Below, in pieces: positions 45,150-55,558 of a stretch of 64,000 bases of DNA (its first letter is position 1; every line of letters begins with the position of its first letter). The stretch covers positions 7,538-71,537 of the forward strand of contig JAWCQO010000005.1 of assembly GCA_038869735.1 (NCBI GenBank), written 5' to 3'. Both the position numbers and the translations under genes were made by a program. Below the pieces are notes generated by a model. That model was not told the origin of the DNA. It saw only the letters and a list, made by a program, of their open reading frames with translations, and searched no databases. Origin of the DNA: Candidatus Anstonellales archaeon. GTDB taxonomy: Archaea; Micrarchaeota; Micrarchaeia; Anstonellales; CG1-02-47-40.

Positions 45150-45770
45150 ATGGATATATTTTTATGGATATTGTGGGTAAGCCTTATTATGTTTCTGTCG
45201 GAAATTGCGGATGTAGCTATAATATTTTTCATTATTATGGATCCCTTTTCATCTGTTCTCCCATTCTTAGCTGTTACTAAGAATGCGGGTGTGAAAGAGA
45301 GAGTGCGTCTTGCGGGTGTTGCAACCATTACTGCAGGCATAGTTCTAGTAACGTTTACACTTATTGGGCCTGAGATGCTTCGGATTTTGGCTGTGAGGGT
45401 TGAGAGTTTTCAAATAGCTGGAGGGCTCTTGCTTTTGTTGATTGGGATTGTGTTCGTCTTTGGCCTCCATTTTGAGGATAATTCAAGAAGAAAGAAGGAG
45501 ATTACGAGTGAGGTATTGCTTATAGGCGTCCCTCTTATATGTGGTCCTGGAACTATGACAACTGCACTTTTATTTTCAGCAAGTCATGGTGTTTTAGTAA
45601 CGCTTATGGGGGGGATTGCTGCATGCATTGTCGTTTATGTCGTCTTAATGGCGGCTAACCCGATAGCGCAGTTAGTAGGCGTGAGGGGATTAGAGATATC
45701 TTCCAGGCTTATAGGGATAATAGTCTCAGCTGTTGGAGTTGAGTACATCCGCCTTGGATTTGGATTTTGA
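45150..45770 (+). CDS. MarC-family (UPF0056) integral membrane protein
   Basis: IMDPFSSVLPFLA ... LIGVPLICGPGTMTTALL. Confidence 0.75.
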   Translation: MDIFLWILWVSLIMFLSEIADVAIIFFIIMDPFSSVLPFLAVTKNAGVKERVRLAGVATITAGIVLVTFTLIGPEMLRILAVRVESFQIAGGLLLLLIGIVFVFGLHFEDNSRRKKEITSEVLLIGVPLICGPGTMTTALLFSASHGVLVTLMGGIAACIVVYVVLMAANPIAQLVGVRGLEISSRLIGIIVSAVGVEYIRLGFGF

Positions 45771-45947
45771 TAGCATTGGTTATTAGTGAGTTTAAACGTT
45801 GATTGTTAGAATTTGAGTGGTTGTTGTTTTGATTGGCGGCGTATTGGTGAATGAAGCTTCTGCAGAAGAATTATAAGTGCTGATGTATGTATCTAAATGG
45901 ATAAATGGCCGGAAACAAGAGATTAAGTATTAGTAGGAGTAGTAGAT

Positions 45948-47132
45948 GTGGGTATATCTAGTATGCTTGTTGGTGTTGTTGGAGCTCCAAATAAAGGAAA
46001 AACCACTTTTTTCTCAGCAGCTACTCTTGTTGATGCAAAAATTGCAGATTACCCATTCACTACCATTGAGCCAAATCGAGGGGTTGCGTATGTGGGTGTT
46101 AGATGTGCCTGTGTAGGTTTGGGAGTAACCTGCAACGCAAGAAACAGTGTTTGCAGAGGTGGTACCCGGCTTGTGCCTATTAGTATGGTTGACGTTGCTG
46201 GGCTCGTGCCTGGTGCACATTCCGGGCGCGGGATGGGGAATAAATTTTTAGACGATTTGAGGCAGGCTGACGCTCTGATTCAAGTTGTTGATGCAACTGG
46301 AAAGACAGATTTAGAAGGAAAACCTGTTGAATGGTCAAACCCCGCAGAAGAAGTCTTGTTCCTCTTAAGGGAAATTGATGCTTGGGTTGCTGGCATAATA
46401 AAAAGAAACTGGGACAAAATAAAGGGAAGAGACATAAAATTTGTTTGCTCTGCACTAAGTGGATTTGGGGTCGGCGAAAGAGAGATTAAGGGAATCGTTG
46501 AGCGGTTAGGTTTAGATGCTGAAAGAATTGCGTGGGGCGATGAGGAGATATTAAAGTTTGCACAAGAAGTCAGGGTAGAGAGTAAGCCTATTGTGGTGGC
46601 TGCCAATAAATGTGATATTCCAGAGGCACGTGAAAACGCCAAAAAGTTGGCTTCGGAACTTAACGGTCTGCGTGGAGTTAGGGGAGTATTCCCTTGTTCT
46701 TCGGCTGTTGAGCTTGCACTAAGAAAAGGAGAAAGGGCAGGGGTGGTAAGCTATGTGCCTGGAATGTTGGGGTTCGAAATACTAAAGGGGGCAACTGGGA
46801 AGCAGAGGGAGACTCTTGAAAAAATTGAAGCTATGGTTAGAGAGAACGGCACAGGTGTACAAAATATTATAGATTATGTTGCAAGACAGGTACTAAGATT
46901 ATTGGTTGTTTATCCTGTTGAGGATGAAAACAGATTTTCGGATTCTGCTGGAAGTGTGCTTCCTGACGCATATCTTGTAAAAGACGGCACAACCGCGCTT
47001 GAGTTTGCTGGAAAGATACATACTGAATTACAGAGCGGATTTCTTGGTGCAATTGATGCAAGGACAAAAAAGAAGGTCGGGAAGGAGTACATCTTAAAGG
47101 ATGGCGACATCATAAAGATAATTGCAAGATAG
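45948..47132 (+). CDS. Obg/DRG-family GTPase with a Cys-containing insertion and a C-terminal TGS-like domain
   Basis: VGVVGAPNKGKTTFF, DYPFTTIEPNRG, VDVAGLVPGAHSGRGMGN, ANKCD, C-terminal KDGDIIKIIAR. Confidence 0.7.
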   Translation: MGISSMLVGVVGAPNKGKTTFFSAATLVDAKIADYPFTTIEPNRGVAYVGVRCACVGLGVTCNARNSVCRGGTRLVPISMVDVAGLVPGAHSGRGMGNKFLDDLRQADALIQVVDATGKTDLEGKPVEWSNPAEEVLFLLREIDAWVAGIIKRNWDKIKGRDIKFVCSALSGFGVGEREIKGIVERLGLDAERIAWGDEEILKFAQEVRVESKPIVVAANKCDIPEARENAKKLASELNGLRGVRGVFPCSSAVELALRKGERAGVVSYVPGMLGFEILKGATGKQRETLEKIEAMVRENGTGVQNIIDYVARQVLRLLVVYPVEDENRFSDSAGSVLPDAYLVKDGTTALEFAGKIHTELQSGFLGAIDARTKKKVGKEYILKDGDIIKIIAR

Positions 47133-47214
47133 GACATGAGGGTTTTAGAATTCTGCTTTTGGTTTGGTTGATTGTTTGTTGTTTGGTTGATTGTTTGTTG
47201 ATAGATTGGATTTT

Positions 47215-48390
47215 TTAGGCGTACTTTTCTATAAACTGTCCAATTTTGGATACTGCTTCTTCTATTATATCGGGAGGAGGGAGAAAGGTTATTCTGAAGT
47301 AGAGACCGTTCAAAATTGGGGAGAAACCGCTACCTGGGATAGCTACAACTCCTGTTTCTTCTAGAAGCGAATACACAAACTTTTTGTCGTTTTTGAATTT
47401 TTTTGTTTTTACTTTGATGAATGCATAAAACGCTGCGTTTGGAGTAGGACACTGAAGGGCTGGTATTTTTGATATTGAGCGGATGAGTGCGTCTCTTCTT
47501 AAAAGAAGTTGTTTTTTGACATCTGCAAGATGGGTTGGAGGTAGGGTAAAGGCAGCTAATGCCCCACGCTGCATCTCCCAATTGACAGATAAACGCTGGT
47601 TGCATAGCTTCATTATTGCAGTCTGGAGGTCTTCTGTACCTTCACCATGAAATGCAAGATATCCAACTCGTGCACCGGGATAGATAAAGTTCTTTGATAG
47701 ACCGTTTCCAGAAATCAGAGGAACGTCATGTGAAATGGAGCGTAGATTAATCATGGGTTGCTCGTTGAGTATTAGCTGGTCGTATATTTCATCTGCAATG
47801 ATTGGGAGTGAGTTTTCACCTGCGATGTTAACTATTTCTTTTAGTAGTGAATGAGGGTAGACTGTGCCTGTAGGGTTGTTGGGATTTATGACTACAATTG
47901 CACGGGTTCTCTTATTTACTCTTTTTCTGATCTCATCTGGAATTGGAAGATAGTTTTCATCGCATGGATAGAAGTTGTCGGTTCCTCCCAAAACCCGTGA
48001 TTTTGTATTATACAGCGGATAGCCTGGAGATGGAAGTAGTATATTGTCTCCTGGGTTTAAGAGTGACTGGAAAAGGAAGTCTATTCCTTCGGAGAGTCCG
48101 TTTGTTATAAAAACTGCTTGTGGGTTCACACCTTCCCTTTTAGCTATTGTTTGGCGAAGTTCAGGATCTCCTTCCGAAGGGCAATAACCAGAGTATTTTG
48201 GTTGGTGTAACGCTTCGATGACTGCGTCGGTTATGTGCTGAGAGGGGCAAAAACCAAACAGATTCGGGTCGCCTATATTGAGCCAAATCATTTTCTTTCC
48301 TTTTTTTTCAACTTCCTTTGCTTTTTGGACGATATCCCGAATTTCATAAGTGATATGTGCTACTCGCGATGCAACTCTGATTTTTTGCAT
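47215..48390 (-). CDS. PLP-dependent aminotransferase, class I/II (Asp/Ala aminotransferase-like)
   Basis: NPNNPTG; the PLP-Lys region GNGLSKNFIYPGARVGYL. Confidence 0.85.
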   Translation of the reverse strand: MQKIRVASRVAHITYEIRDIVQKAKEVEKKGKKMIWLNIGDPNLFGFCPSQHITDAVIEALHQPKYSGYCPSEGDPELRQTIAKREGVNPQAVFITNGLSEGIDFLFQSLLNPGDNILLPSPGYPLYNTKSRVLGGTDNFYPCDENYLPIPDEIRKRVNKRTRAIVVINPNNPTGTVYPHSLLKEIVNIAGENSLPIIADEIYDQLILNEQPMINLRSISHDVPLISGNGLSKNFIYPGARVGYLAFHGEGTEDLQTAIMKLCNQRLSVNWEMQRGALAAFTLPPTHLADVKKQLLLRRDALIRSISKIPALQCPTPNAAFYAFIKVKTKKFKNDKKFVYSLLEETGVVAIPGSGFSPILNGLYFRITFLPPPDIIEEAVSKIGQFIEKYA

Positions 48391-48421
48391 AAGCGAAGGT
48401 AATACGACTATAAGTTATAAA

Positions 48422-50677
48422 ATGTTTCTTTTATTGAATCTGGAAAGGATTAAAAGATTAAATTGTTTTGATGCATGTGTGGAGAGAAAAATTTTGTTTT
48501 GGTTGATGTTGCTGCTTTTTCTTTCTTCGCTGCTTGTTGTTTGGGCCAATATCCAGCATCTTGACTTGAATTTTTTTCAGATCAAACAGCCTCAAGAGAT
48601 ATTTGTAAGCTGGCGGGGTGGGGACTCGTTTAATCTTTCAGCAAATTTTGATGGGGAATGTAGCATATGTGGTATAAGGCGTGAGATTCAGAGTGGAGAT
48701 AACCGGTTGAGTTATGGAGGTTGTGAAAGCCGCATTATAGTTGAATGCGCTGATGAGCAAGGGAGGAATAGTTCTCTGGCTTTTTTGCGTCCTAAAATAG
48801 CTGAGGTTATTAACCTAAATACATGGAGTAAAAGGGAAGATGACGGGGGAGCGGGAGTTATCTTTGTTAGTGGGGCAACAAAAAACAGAGGTGACTTGCA
48901 AGTTAGCTACTTTATTGATGGAATACTAAAAAGAAGATTTTTTGAAAAAAACGTCTCTGGGGAGTTTGTTTTTGGTGAAAAATTTAGATTTGATAGGGGG
49001 GAGCACACCTATCAGATTGACGTCAATGGAGTCGTGGTTGAAGGTGTATTTGATTATGAAGGATTAACGGTTCCTGTGTCTCAAGTAATCATTGTTACCT
49101 GCTCTGTGATTTTGGCTCTTGCAGTTGGGAGAGGGCATCTTGAACGAATTTTTAGTATGTTCTGCTTTCTTGCTATTTTTTTTGCTTTTCATTATGAGGT
49201 AGTGTCGCTTTTTAAAGCCGAATTTTTTGTTCCTGCAATAGCTGATTTTCTTGCTATTTTGTTTGTTAGTAGGAAGTTAAGGTGGAGATTTTGGCTACCG
49301 AAGATTGACGAGAAGGAAGTGCTATGGTTTGTATTAGTTGGTTTGGGGCTTGTTGTCCTATCAAACATTTTTATAGGTTCTTTGGATTTGTGGGGGCCTT
49401 ATTATTATAGGCATGTGCAGGCCGTCATGGATAAAGGGGGGGTGTTTTACTCTGATCTCCTGAGTTATTTGGGAAGACCGTTTACATATCCGCCTGCGTA
49501 TTTTCAGTTTGCGGCTGGTCTTACAAGCGCATTTTTTATATCTGATTTTGAAACTGTGAGACTGTTTGAGCATTTACTTATCGCTTCACTCTATTTTGCT
49601 AGCTTATATATGCTTTTTTTTAAGTATTTAAAGAGGGCTAGAGTACTAGGGGCACTTATTACAATCTCTGAAGTATTTGTGTTAGTTACAGCATCAAATG
49701 TAACGCTACATATTTTTGCATATACACTAATGCATATTGCTGCAATCCTTTCTACCGGACGAGGAAGAATTTTTTTATTTATTCTATTAGGAATATCCGT
49801 TGCGGCCCATCCATCATCAATCGTACTTTTTCCATTTTATGCGCTTGTTGCAAACCAATTTGAATTGAAAAAAAGGTTCGTCCTGAAGCTCATAGCGTGC
49901 ATTTTTGGTGGGTTGTTGGTTTGCTTGCCGTTCTACTCTATAATTTTTTACAAATATGGGTTGCCTTATGAAATCGCTCCTTATGAGTGGGGGTATCTTC
50001 TGACTTGGGGATTTGGAGGTATGGTAAATGATTTTGGGCCTCTCCTCTTCCTTGGATTATCTGGTGCTTTTTTGGTATTGCTTGCGCGGCTTGGCTTCAT
50101 TGAAAGGAGGTTTGATGGTGTGGGATTGCCGAAGCTAATTGTTCCAGCAATTCTTATTTTTGTATTTTTTATATTAGGTATTTTTGTCAGCTTTAGAGCG
50201 AATATGTTGTTTGGTGTGATGTCAGCAGCGTTAGTTTCTTCTATCTTTGAAAGAAGTTTATCGGATAAAAAATTATTTTACCTGTTGTGCCTGTTTTGTG
50301 TTTTTAACTTCATTTTGTTTTTTCTTGTTCAGTCAGGACCGCATGCATGGTGCTATTGGGGTGTTGCAAACGACAACTGCTTATTGCCTATGAAATATTT
50401 AGAAAAGTACACTAAAGGAGAAAGCTCTGTTGTAGCAAATCCTCGATTTGGTCACTTGGAGACATATATAGGCAAAAGAAAGATCCTATCTGATTTATAT
50501 GTGGAATATGCAGATAATGAGAAATATTTGGCTGCAGTTGAAGCTTACAAAACAGGGGTTTTGCCAGAAGAATTTGAGGTTGATTACCTCGTTTTGGATG
50601 TTGTTGAAGGAGCAGAACAGGGAGTAAGTTTAGACAAGATATATGACAATGGATTTGCGAGCATTTGGGAAAAGTAG
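48422..50677 (+). CDS. Large polytopic membrane protein: an about 200-aa extracytoplasmic N-terminal domain followed by at least 12 TM. It may be a GT-C-type glycosyltransferase. The longest ORF starts at 48350.
   Basis: Topology only; no confident motif. Confidence 0.5.
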   Translation: MFLLLNLERIKRLNCFDACVERKILFWLMLLLFLSSLLVVWANIQHLDLNFFQIKQPQEIFVSWRGGDSFNLSANFDGECSICGIRREIQSGDNRLSYGGCESRIIVECADEQGRNSSLAFLRPKIAEVINLNTWSKREDDGGAGVIFVSGATKNRGDLQVSYFIDGILKRRFFEKNVSGEFVFGEKFRFDRGEHTYQIDVNGVVVEGVFDYEGLTVPVSQVIIVTCSVILALAVGRGHLERIFSMFCFLAIFFAFHYEVVSLFKAEFFVPAIADFLAILFVSRKLRWRFWLPKIDEKEVLWFVLVGLGLVVLSNIFIGSLDLWGPYYYRHVQAVMDKGGVFYSDLLSYLGRPFTYPPAYFQFAAGLTSAFFISDFETVRLFEHLLIASLYFASLYMLFFKYLKRARVLGALITISEVFVLVTASNVTLHIFAYTLMHIAAILSTGRGRIFLFILLGISVAAHPSSIVLFPFYALVANQFELKKRFVLKLIACIFGGLLVCLPFYSIIFYKYGLPYEIAPYEWGYLLTWGFGGMVNDFGPLLFLGLSGAFLVLLARLGFIERRFDGVGLPKLIVPAILIFVFFILGIFVSFRANMLFGVMSAALVSSIFERSLSDKKLFYLLCLFCVFNFILFFLVQSGPHAWCYWGVANDNCLLPMKYLEKYTKGESSVVANPRFGHLETYIGKRKILSDLYVEYADNEKYLAAVEAYKTGVLPEEFEVDYLVLDVVEGAEQGVSLDKIYDNGFASIWEK

Positions 50678-50745
50678 TGGTAGGATTACTTGATTAGTCT
50701 TAGTTGTTGATTGATTTTTTGATCATACATATTGCGGGGGGTGAG

Positions 50746-51711
50746 TTAAGCTTTTGTAAGAACGCGAGCTCCATCTTTTTCAATCACTATAGTGACTTCG
50801 GATTGCGAGACGTAAGAGCCCTTTTCGTCTGATAGGATTGGGAATGGCTGAATTGCACTGTTATTCATAAGATCACGGAGTGATGCGTGGAGGATTAGGT
50901 GCGATTGGAATTTACCTGAAATCCAGCGCTGAGCAAATGGAAGAGTAAGATAGTTTTCAATCAAATAAGATAGAAGTTGTTTTGATGTTCGAAGGCGAGT
51001 ATTTGTTAGCTTCATAACTTGGAATATCTCTATTTGGTCCGTATCATGCACTCTTCCGCTTCCTGTAGAAGCAAAAGGTTCTATGGCAAAGAAATCTCCT
51101 TCTTTAAACTCGTAGCCTCCACTGACTGCTATGTTTGGAATTTCTGGTCCTGCGTGGAGGGTGTACGGCTGCAGCATGTGCCCCGTCAAGTTCTCTATAG
51201 GCTTAAATCCAAATGAAGTTATTGTTTTTTGTATTATTTGCCCTATTTCGCCAGTTTTTTTTCCTGGCCTAATAGACGCGATTGCTTCATCGAGCGCTTT
51301 TTCTGAAGCCTCGACGAGTTTGCCGTGTTCTTCTGATAAGTCAACGGTAAATGCGGTATCAGCAATGCAGCCGTTTATATGCACGCCAAGATCTATTTTT
51401 ACTAAGTCCTTCTCCCCGATTAGCAACGTTGAGGACGCTTCGGGTGTCGCATGAGCGGCAATTTCGTTTATGGATATATTAACAGGAAAAGCTGGTTTTG
51501 CTTGAGCATCAAATATCATTTTCTCTAAGCTCTCTGCAATATCAATTGTTGAGGCTCCTGGCATTATTAGTTTTTTTGCATCTTGGCGGATAGAATACGC
51601 TATTTTGTTTGCTTTCTCATAGTGTTTTAGTAGGTCTTCTTCATTTGTCATATCATCTTTATTTGTATTCTTATCTGATTCGTTTGTCTGTGTTTTCGAC
51701 ATAAGGCTCAC
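50746..51711 (-). CDS. map: Methionine aminopeptidase, type 2 (archaeal)
   Basis: IDLGVHINGCIADTAFTV; the pita-bread fold His/Glu/Asp metal ligand pattern. Confidence 0.85.
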   Translation of the reverse strand: MSLMSKTQTNESDKNTNKDDMTNEEDLLKHYEKANKIAYSIRQDAKKLIMPGASTIDIAESLEKMIFDAQAKPAFPVNISINEIAAHATPEASSTLLIGEKDLVKIDLGVHINGCIADTAFTVDLSEEHGKLVEASEKALDEAIASIRPGKKTGEIGQIIQKTITSFGFKPIENLTGHMLQPYTLHAGPEIPNIAVSGGYEFKEGDFFAIEPFASTGSGRVHDTDQIEIFQVMKLTNTRLRTSKQLLSYLIENYLTLPFAQRWISGKFQSHLILHASLRDLMNNSAIQPFPILSDEKGSYVSQSEVTIVIEKDGARVLTKA

Positions 51712-51718
51712 GTATAGT

Positions 51719-52390
51719 TCAAAGCAGCTTTAAAAGGTCCGTTATTTCCTTTATCTCGAAGTCGGACTTACAGTGCTTATTTTTGTTTTTGCCTTTTAAA
51801 ATCCTCACTGAAATCAGGCCAGCCATGTTGGAGTATAGAATATCTGCTACTGGTGAGTCACCAACCATCAGGCAATTTTCTGGGCGGAACCCCAATATTT
51901 TACAAATTCGTTTATAAAAAAGTGGGGATTTGTTTATGCCTAGTTCTTGTGATATAAAAACGTGGTCAAATGAATCTTGTAAAGACAGACGAATTAATTT
52001 GTCCCATTGTTTTTTTGGTATTCCTTCTGTTGCAATACAGAGGATATAGCCGGCTTTTCTAAGTTGTGAGAGAAGTTGTTTTACTCCTCGATATGGCTTT
52101 AAGTTCCTTTTTGAGTCGTGATACGCTCTGATTCCTGAGGCAACTATTTTTGATTTGTCTTTGGCATTCAATTTTTTACACAACAAGTCAAAGTGATTTT
52201 GAGAATTTGAGCCAACCTTAGATATTATTTGATTGAGGAGTTCTTGCGCCTTTTTTTCTGTCGTCGGCAATCCTGCACGGACCATGGCTCTTATTGCAGC
52301 ACGCCGCGCTTTTTTTGAAAAATCGGTTGAGGCAAATAGGGTGTCGTCTATGTCAAATAAGATGGCTCTTACTCTTTTTATGTCAGGCAT
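51719..52390 (-). CDS. HAD-superfamily hydrolase
   Basis: Motif I ILFDIDDTLF; motif III/IV K...GDSPVAD. Confidence 0.7.
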   Translation of the reverse strand: MPDIKRVRAILFDIDDTLFASTDFSKKARRAAIRAMVRAGLPTTEKKAQELLNQIISKVGSNSQNHFDLLCKKLNAKDKSKIVASGIRAYHDSKRNLKPYRGVKQLLSQLRKAGYILCIATEGIPKKQWDKLIRLSLQDSFDHVFISQELGINKSPLFYKRICKILGFRPENCLMVGDSPVADILYSNMAGLISVRILKGKNKNKHCKSDFEIKEITDLLKLL

Positions 52391-52424
52391 GATTTGAGAT
52401 AGGTTGTTTTAGTATAAAAAGAAG

Positions 52425-52514
52425 CGCTCCGACCGGGATTTGAACCCGGGTTACCGGCTTTCTTCACGAAAATTTGAAAGGCCGGCGTCCTTGACCGGGC
52501 TAGACTATCGGAGC
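52425..52514 (-). tRNA. tRNA-Glu (UUC) with a short (about 15 nt) canonical anticodon-loop intron
   Basis: RNA sequence GCUCCGA..GUCU-AGCCCGGUCAA-GGAC..CCGGC-CUUUCA[AUUUUCGUGAAGAAA]A-GCCGG..CCGGG-UUCAAAU-CCCGG-UCGGAGC-G. Confidence 0.7.
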
Positions 52515-52516
52515 TC

Positions 52517-53119
52517 TCAGACTGGGATTACGCTTAAGGATCTAAGAAGCCTTATTATTTGTGAATGTATTTCTTGTTTGTCTTTTGCTCCATCTATCTT
52601 TATCCATTTTTTGGTTAGGAATTTTGAAGTATAAAGTTTTTTGTAGTTTTTTCTTGTCTGTGTGAGGAGATTGAAGTTTGATTCGTGAGTATCGAGGTGA
52701 AGTTTCTGTTTCTTTTTGCGAGATTGGGAGGTGGCGACGTCGACATCAAGGAGGATTATTACATCTGGTGTACAGAAGGGAAAGGACGAGATGATGTTTA
52801 TTGCTTCTTTAAAAGATATTGAGCGTGAGTAGGCTATTGTTGAAGTTATGTATCTGTCTAAAATCACTATGCGGTCTTCTTCTAGTTCTCTATTTATTTT
52901 TTGTTGGTTGAGTAGGATATCCAGCAAGTAAAGAAAGAATACAGTCCTGAGTGGCAACTTTGACTTTCCAGATAGATATGTGTGTATTTTTGAGGCTTTT
53001 TTTGTAGGGTATTTGTGGATTGAAAATTTTATTTTTCTTGATTTTAGAAATGAAGATAGTAATTGGATTTGTGTGGCTTTCCCGCTTCCATCTATACCTT
53101 CAAATATGATGAGGGGCAT
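52517..53119 (-). CDS. tmk: Thymidylate kinase
   Basis: P-loop FEGIDGSGKATQ; DRY motif ILDRYITSTIAYS. Confidence 0.8.
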   Translation of the reverse strand: MPLIIFEGIDGSGKATQIQLLSSFLKSRKIKFSIHKYPTKKASKIHTYLSGKSKLPLRTVFFLYLLDILLNQQKINRELEEDRIVILDRYITSTIAYSRSISFKEAINIISSFPFCTPDVIILLDVDVATSQSRKKKQKLHLDTHESNFNLLTQTRKNYKKLYTSKFLTKKWIKIDGAKDKQEIHSQIIRLLRSLSVIPV

Positions 53120-53166
53120 AGAAATGTTTTTAATTTTGGAAATTTTAAAAGAGGTGGGGTTTAGAA

Positions 53167-54075
53167 GTGAGGCACCTAATTTCTATTCGTGACCTGTCGC
53201 GGAAGCAGGTTGAGAAGTATTTTAGAGAAACGGAGAAAATGGAGCGCGCTCTTGAGAAGGGAAGAGTGAATGTTTTGAGTGGCAAAATTATAGCTACTTT
53301 ATTTTTTGAACCATCGACAAGAACTAAAATTTCGTTTCAGGCTGCAGCAAAACGTCTTGGTGCAGATGTTGTAGATTTTAATCAGGAAACTTCATCACTT
53401 AAAAAAGGAGAGAGTTTTTTAGACACAATACGAATGGTTGATGGATATGTTGATGGGATGATTATTAGACATGAAAGTGATGGTTCGGCAAGGCTTGCAT
53501 CTGAAGTTGCTACCCATCCTGTGATAAATGGGGGGGATGGGGCTAACCAGCACCCGACCCAGACGCTTATTGACCTCTATGCAATAAAGAAGTTTAGTGG
53601 TAGGGTGACCAACCTACATGTAACTCTCTTTGGTGACCTAAAACATGCAAGAGCTATGCGCTCATTTTTATATGGTGTGTCTATGTTTGGGAATGAGGTT
53701 GATCTTTGCTCGCCACCAGGTTTGGGAATGGATGAAAACGTGATATCTGAGATAAAAGAAAGATTTGGAGTCGCGATAAGAGAGGTTAGCCGCCCACAAC
53801 TTTCAAATTGTGATGTCCTCTATGTTTGTAGAATACAGAAAGAGAGATTTTCCGATCCTTATGAGGCGGTTCGGGTTCAACAAGAATTTTCGATTAATAG
53901 ACAGATTTTAAGAGATGCTAAAAAAGACATGGTTATTTTACATCCCCTCCCAAGAATTGAGGAGATATCCAGAGATATTGACTCTGATAAAAGAGCGAGA
54001 TATTTTGAGCAAGCAAAGCTTGGAGTTCCTGTTAGAATGGCTATTTTGGTGGATGTGGTGGGTAGGGGGTATTGA
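53167..54075 (+). CDS. pyrB: Aspartate carbamoyltransferase catalytic subunit
   Basis: STRTKISFQAA, HPTQTLIDL, HPLP. Confidence 0.9.
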   Translation: MRHLISIRDLSRKQVEKYFRETEKMERALEKGRVNVLSGKIIATLFFEPSTRTKISFQAAAKRLGADVVDFNQETSSLKKGESFLDTIRMVDGYVDGMIIRHESDGSARLASEVATHPVINGGDGANQHPTQTLIDLYAIKKFSGRVTNLHVTLFGDLKHARAMRSFLYGVSMFGNEVDLCSPPGLGMDENVISEIKERFGVAIREVSRPQLSNCDVLYVCRIQKERFSDPYEAVRVQQEFSINRQILRDAKKDMVILHPLPRIEEISRDIDSDKRARYFEQAKLGVPVRMAILVDVVGRGY

Positions 54076-54125
54076 AGGGGGGGTATTTTATTTGTGTAAT
54101 TGATGTTGATGTTTGGTGGTAAGGT

Positions 54126-54566
54126 GTGGCGATGTTTGTTGAAAAGATAAAGAATGGGACAGTTATAGACCACGTGCCGGTTGGTTTGGGGCTGCAGATA
54201 ATGAAGATTTTAGGGGTTGACAAGAACTATCCTGCGCGTGTTGCTCTTATTATGAATGTTGCTAGTAAGAAGATGGGTAGAAAAGATGTTTTGAAAGTTG
54301 AGGACAAGTATTTGGATAGATTGAGTTTGGATAGGATCTCGCTTGTTGCTCCTGGAGCCACAATAAATTTAATAAAGGACGGAGATGTTGTTGAAAAGAG
54401 AGCTTGCCGGATGCCAAAGATTGTTGGGGGGATAATGGGGTGCCCAAATCCTAAGTGCATAACAAATTTAGAGAGGGTTATAAATACCTTTTTTGTTGAT
54501 GGTAGCGATGGGAGAGTTAGATGTAAGTATTGTGAACGAGTATTTCTCCCAGATGAATTAATATAA
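54126..54566 (+). CDS. pyrI: Aspartate carbamoyltransferase regulatory subunit
   Basis: GTVIDHVP; a C-terminal Zn domain CPNPKC...CKYCE. Confidence 0.85.
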   Translation: MAMFVEKIKNGTVIDHVPVGLGLQIMKILGVDKNYPARVALIMNVASKKMGRKDVLKVEDKYLDRLSLDRISLVAPGATINLIKDGDVVEKRACRMPKIVGGIMGCPNPKCITNLERVINTFFVDGSDGRVRCKYCERVFLPDELI

Positions 54567-54607
54567 GGTAGGGTGGCGAGTTTTTTTAAACTTGAAGGAG
54601 TAGTTGT

Positions 54608-55033
54608 GTGGTGTTGGATATGGGGATACTTGACATCTTTAAAGGTTTGAGAGGTAAAAAGAGTGACGGTTTGCGGGTTCCATATAAAATAGAGACTCGG
54701 TTTAATCCGCTCCGGCTTTCAGCAAGGAGGGCGTCTTCGGTGGATTTGATTTTGGACATTACTAATATATCTGGCGAAGACGCACTCTGTTCTGTTATCG
54801 TGGCGGTTCCAAAGGGACTTGGAACTGATCCTACTGGACTTCAAAGAAAGAAGGAAGTTAATGTGGGTAAGATAGGAGTAAATGAGAAGAAGACGGTTAC
54901 TGTTACGATTTACGGGACGCCAATGACGGCGGCACAGGAATATATGGTTGGAATTTTGGCGTATGTTCATTTTAGAGATTATAGACATGTTTTGAATTCA
55001 ATGAAAAGGACGATAACTTTGAGGGCAGTATAG
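54608..55033 (+). CDS. Hypothetical protein (141 aa)
   Basis: ORF only. Confidence 0.4.
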   Translation: MVLDMGILDIFKGLRGKKSDGLRVPYKIETRFNPLRLSARRASSVDLILDITNISGEDALCSVIVAVPKGLGTDPTGLQRKKEVNVGKIGVNEKKTVTVTIYGTPMTAAQEYMVGILAYVHFRDYRHVLNSMKRTITLRAV

Positions 55034-55068
55034 AATATTGGTAGTGGGTATAGGCGAGATATAGAAGG

Positions 55069-55395
55069 TTACGCGCTTTTTGCTTCTGTGGGTTCTTTTT
55101 GTTGTTGGATTGGTTGTGTCGGGGGTGGTGTTAGCTTTTCAAACAACGTTTCAAGTGTGTTTGCGATTGCCATGCCCTTACTTGTAAGTAAAACCACTCT
55201 TCGCCTTCCTTCCTTAGTAGTCTCTACCAACCCATCTTTTTGAAATTCAGTTATCAGTGACGAAACATAAACAAAAGTTGTGTTTGTTTGTCTTGCTATT
55301 TTTGATAAATGCCATTTTTGTGTAGTATTTTTTAGGAGTAATAGTATTGAAGAGGGTTTTTTGCGTATTAGTTTTTCAGCGTCCGTTTTAGACAC
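55069..55395 (-). CDS. Winged-helix transcriptional regulator-like protein
   Basis: WHLSKIARQTNTTFVYVSSLITEFQKDGLVE, an HTH-wing pattern. Confidence 0.5.
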   Translation of the reverse strand: MSKTDAEKLIRKKPSSILLLLKNTTQKWHLSKIARQTNTTFVYVSSLITEFQKDGLVETTKEGRRRVVLLTSKGMAIANTLETLFEKLTPPPTQPIQQQKEPTEAKSA

Positions 55396-55425
55396 CTATA
55401 CTGAAGGATTTAAGTTTCTTGAAGG

Positions 55426-55499
55426 CGGGCCCGATGGGATTTGAACCCATGACACGCGGGTTAAGAGCCCGCTGCTCTGCCAACCTGAGCTACAGGCCC
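55426..55499 (-). tRNA. tRNA-Lys (CUU), intronless
   Basis: RNA sequence GGGCCUG-UA-GCUC-AGGUUGGCAG-GAGC-A-GCGGG-CUCUUAA-CCCGC-GUGUC-AUGGG-UUCAAAU-CCCAU-CGGGCCC-G. Confidence 0.8.
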
Positions 55500-55558
55500 G
55501 CTTCTCTTCTTTTTGTTCTTTTTATTTTAGAGAGACAGGATTTATAAAATTTTGATGT

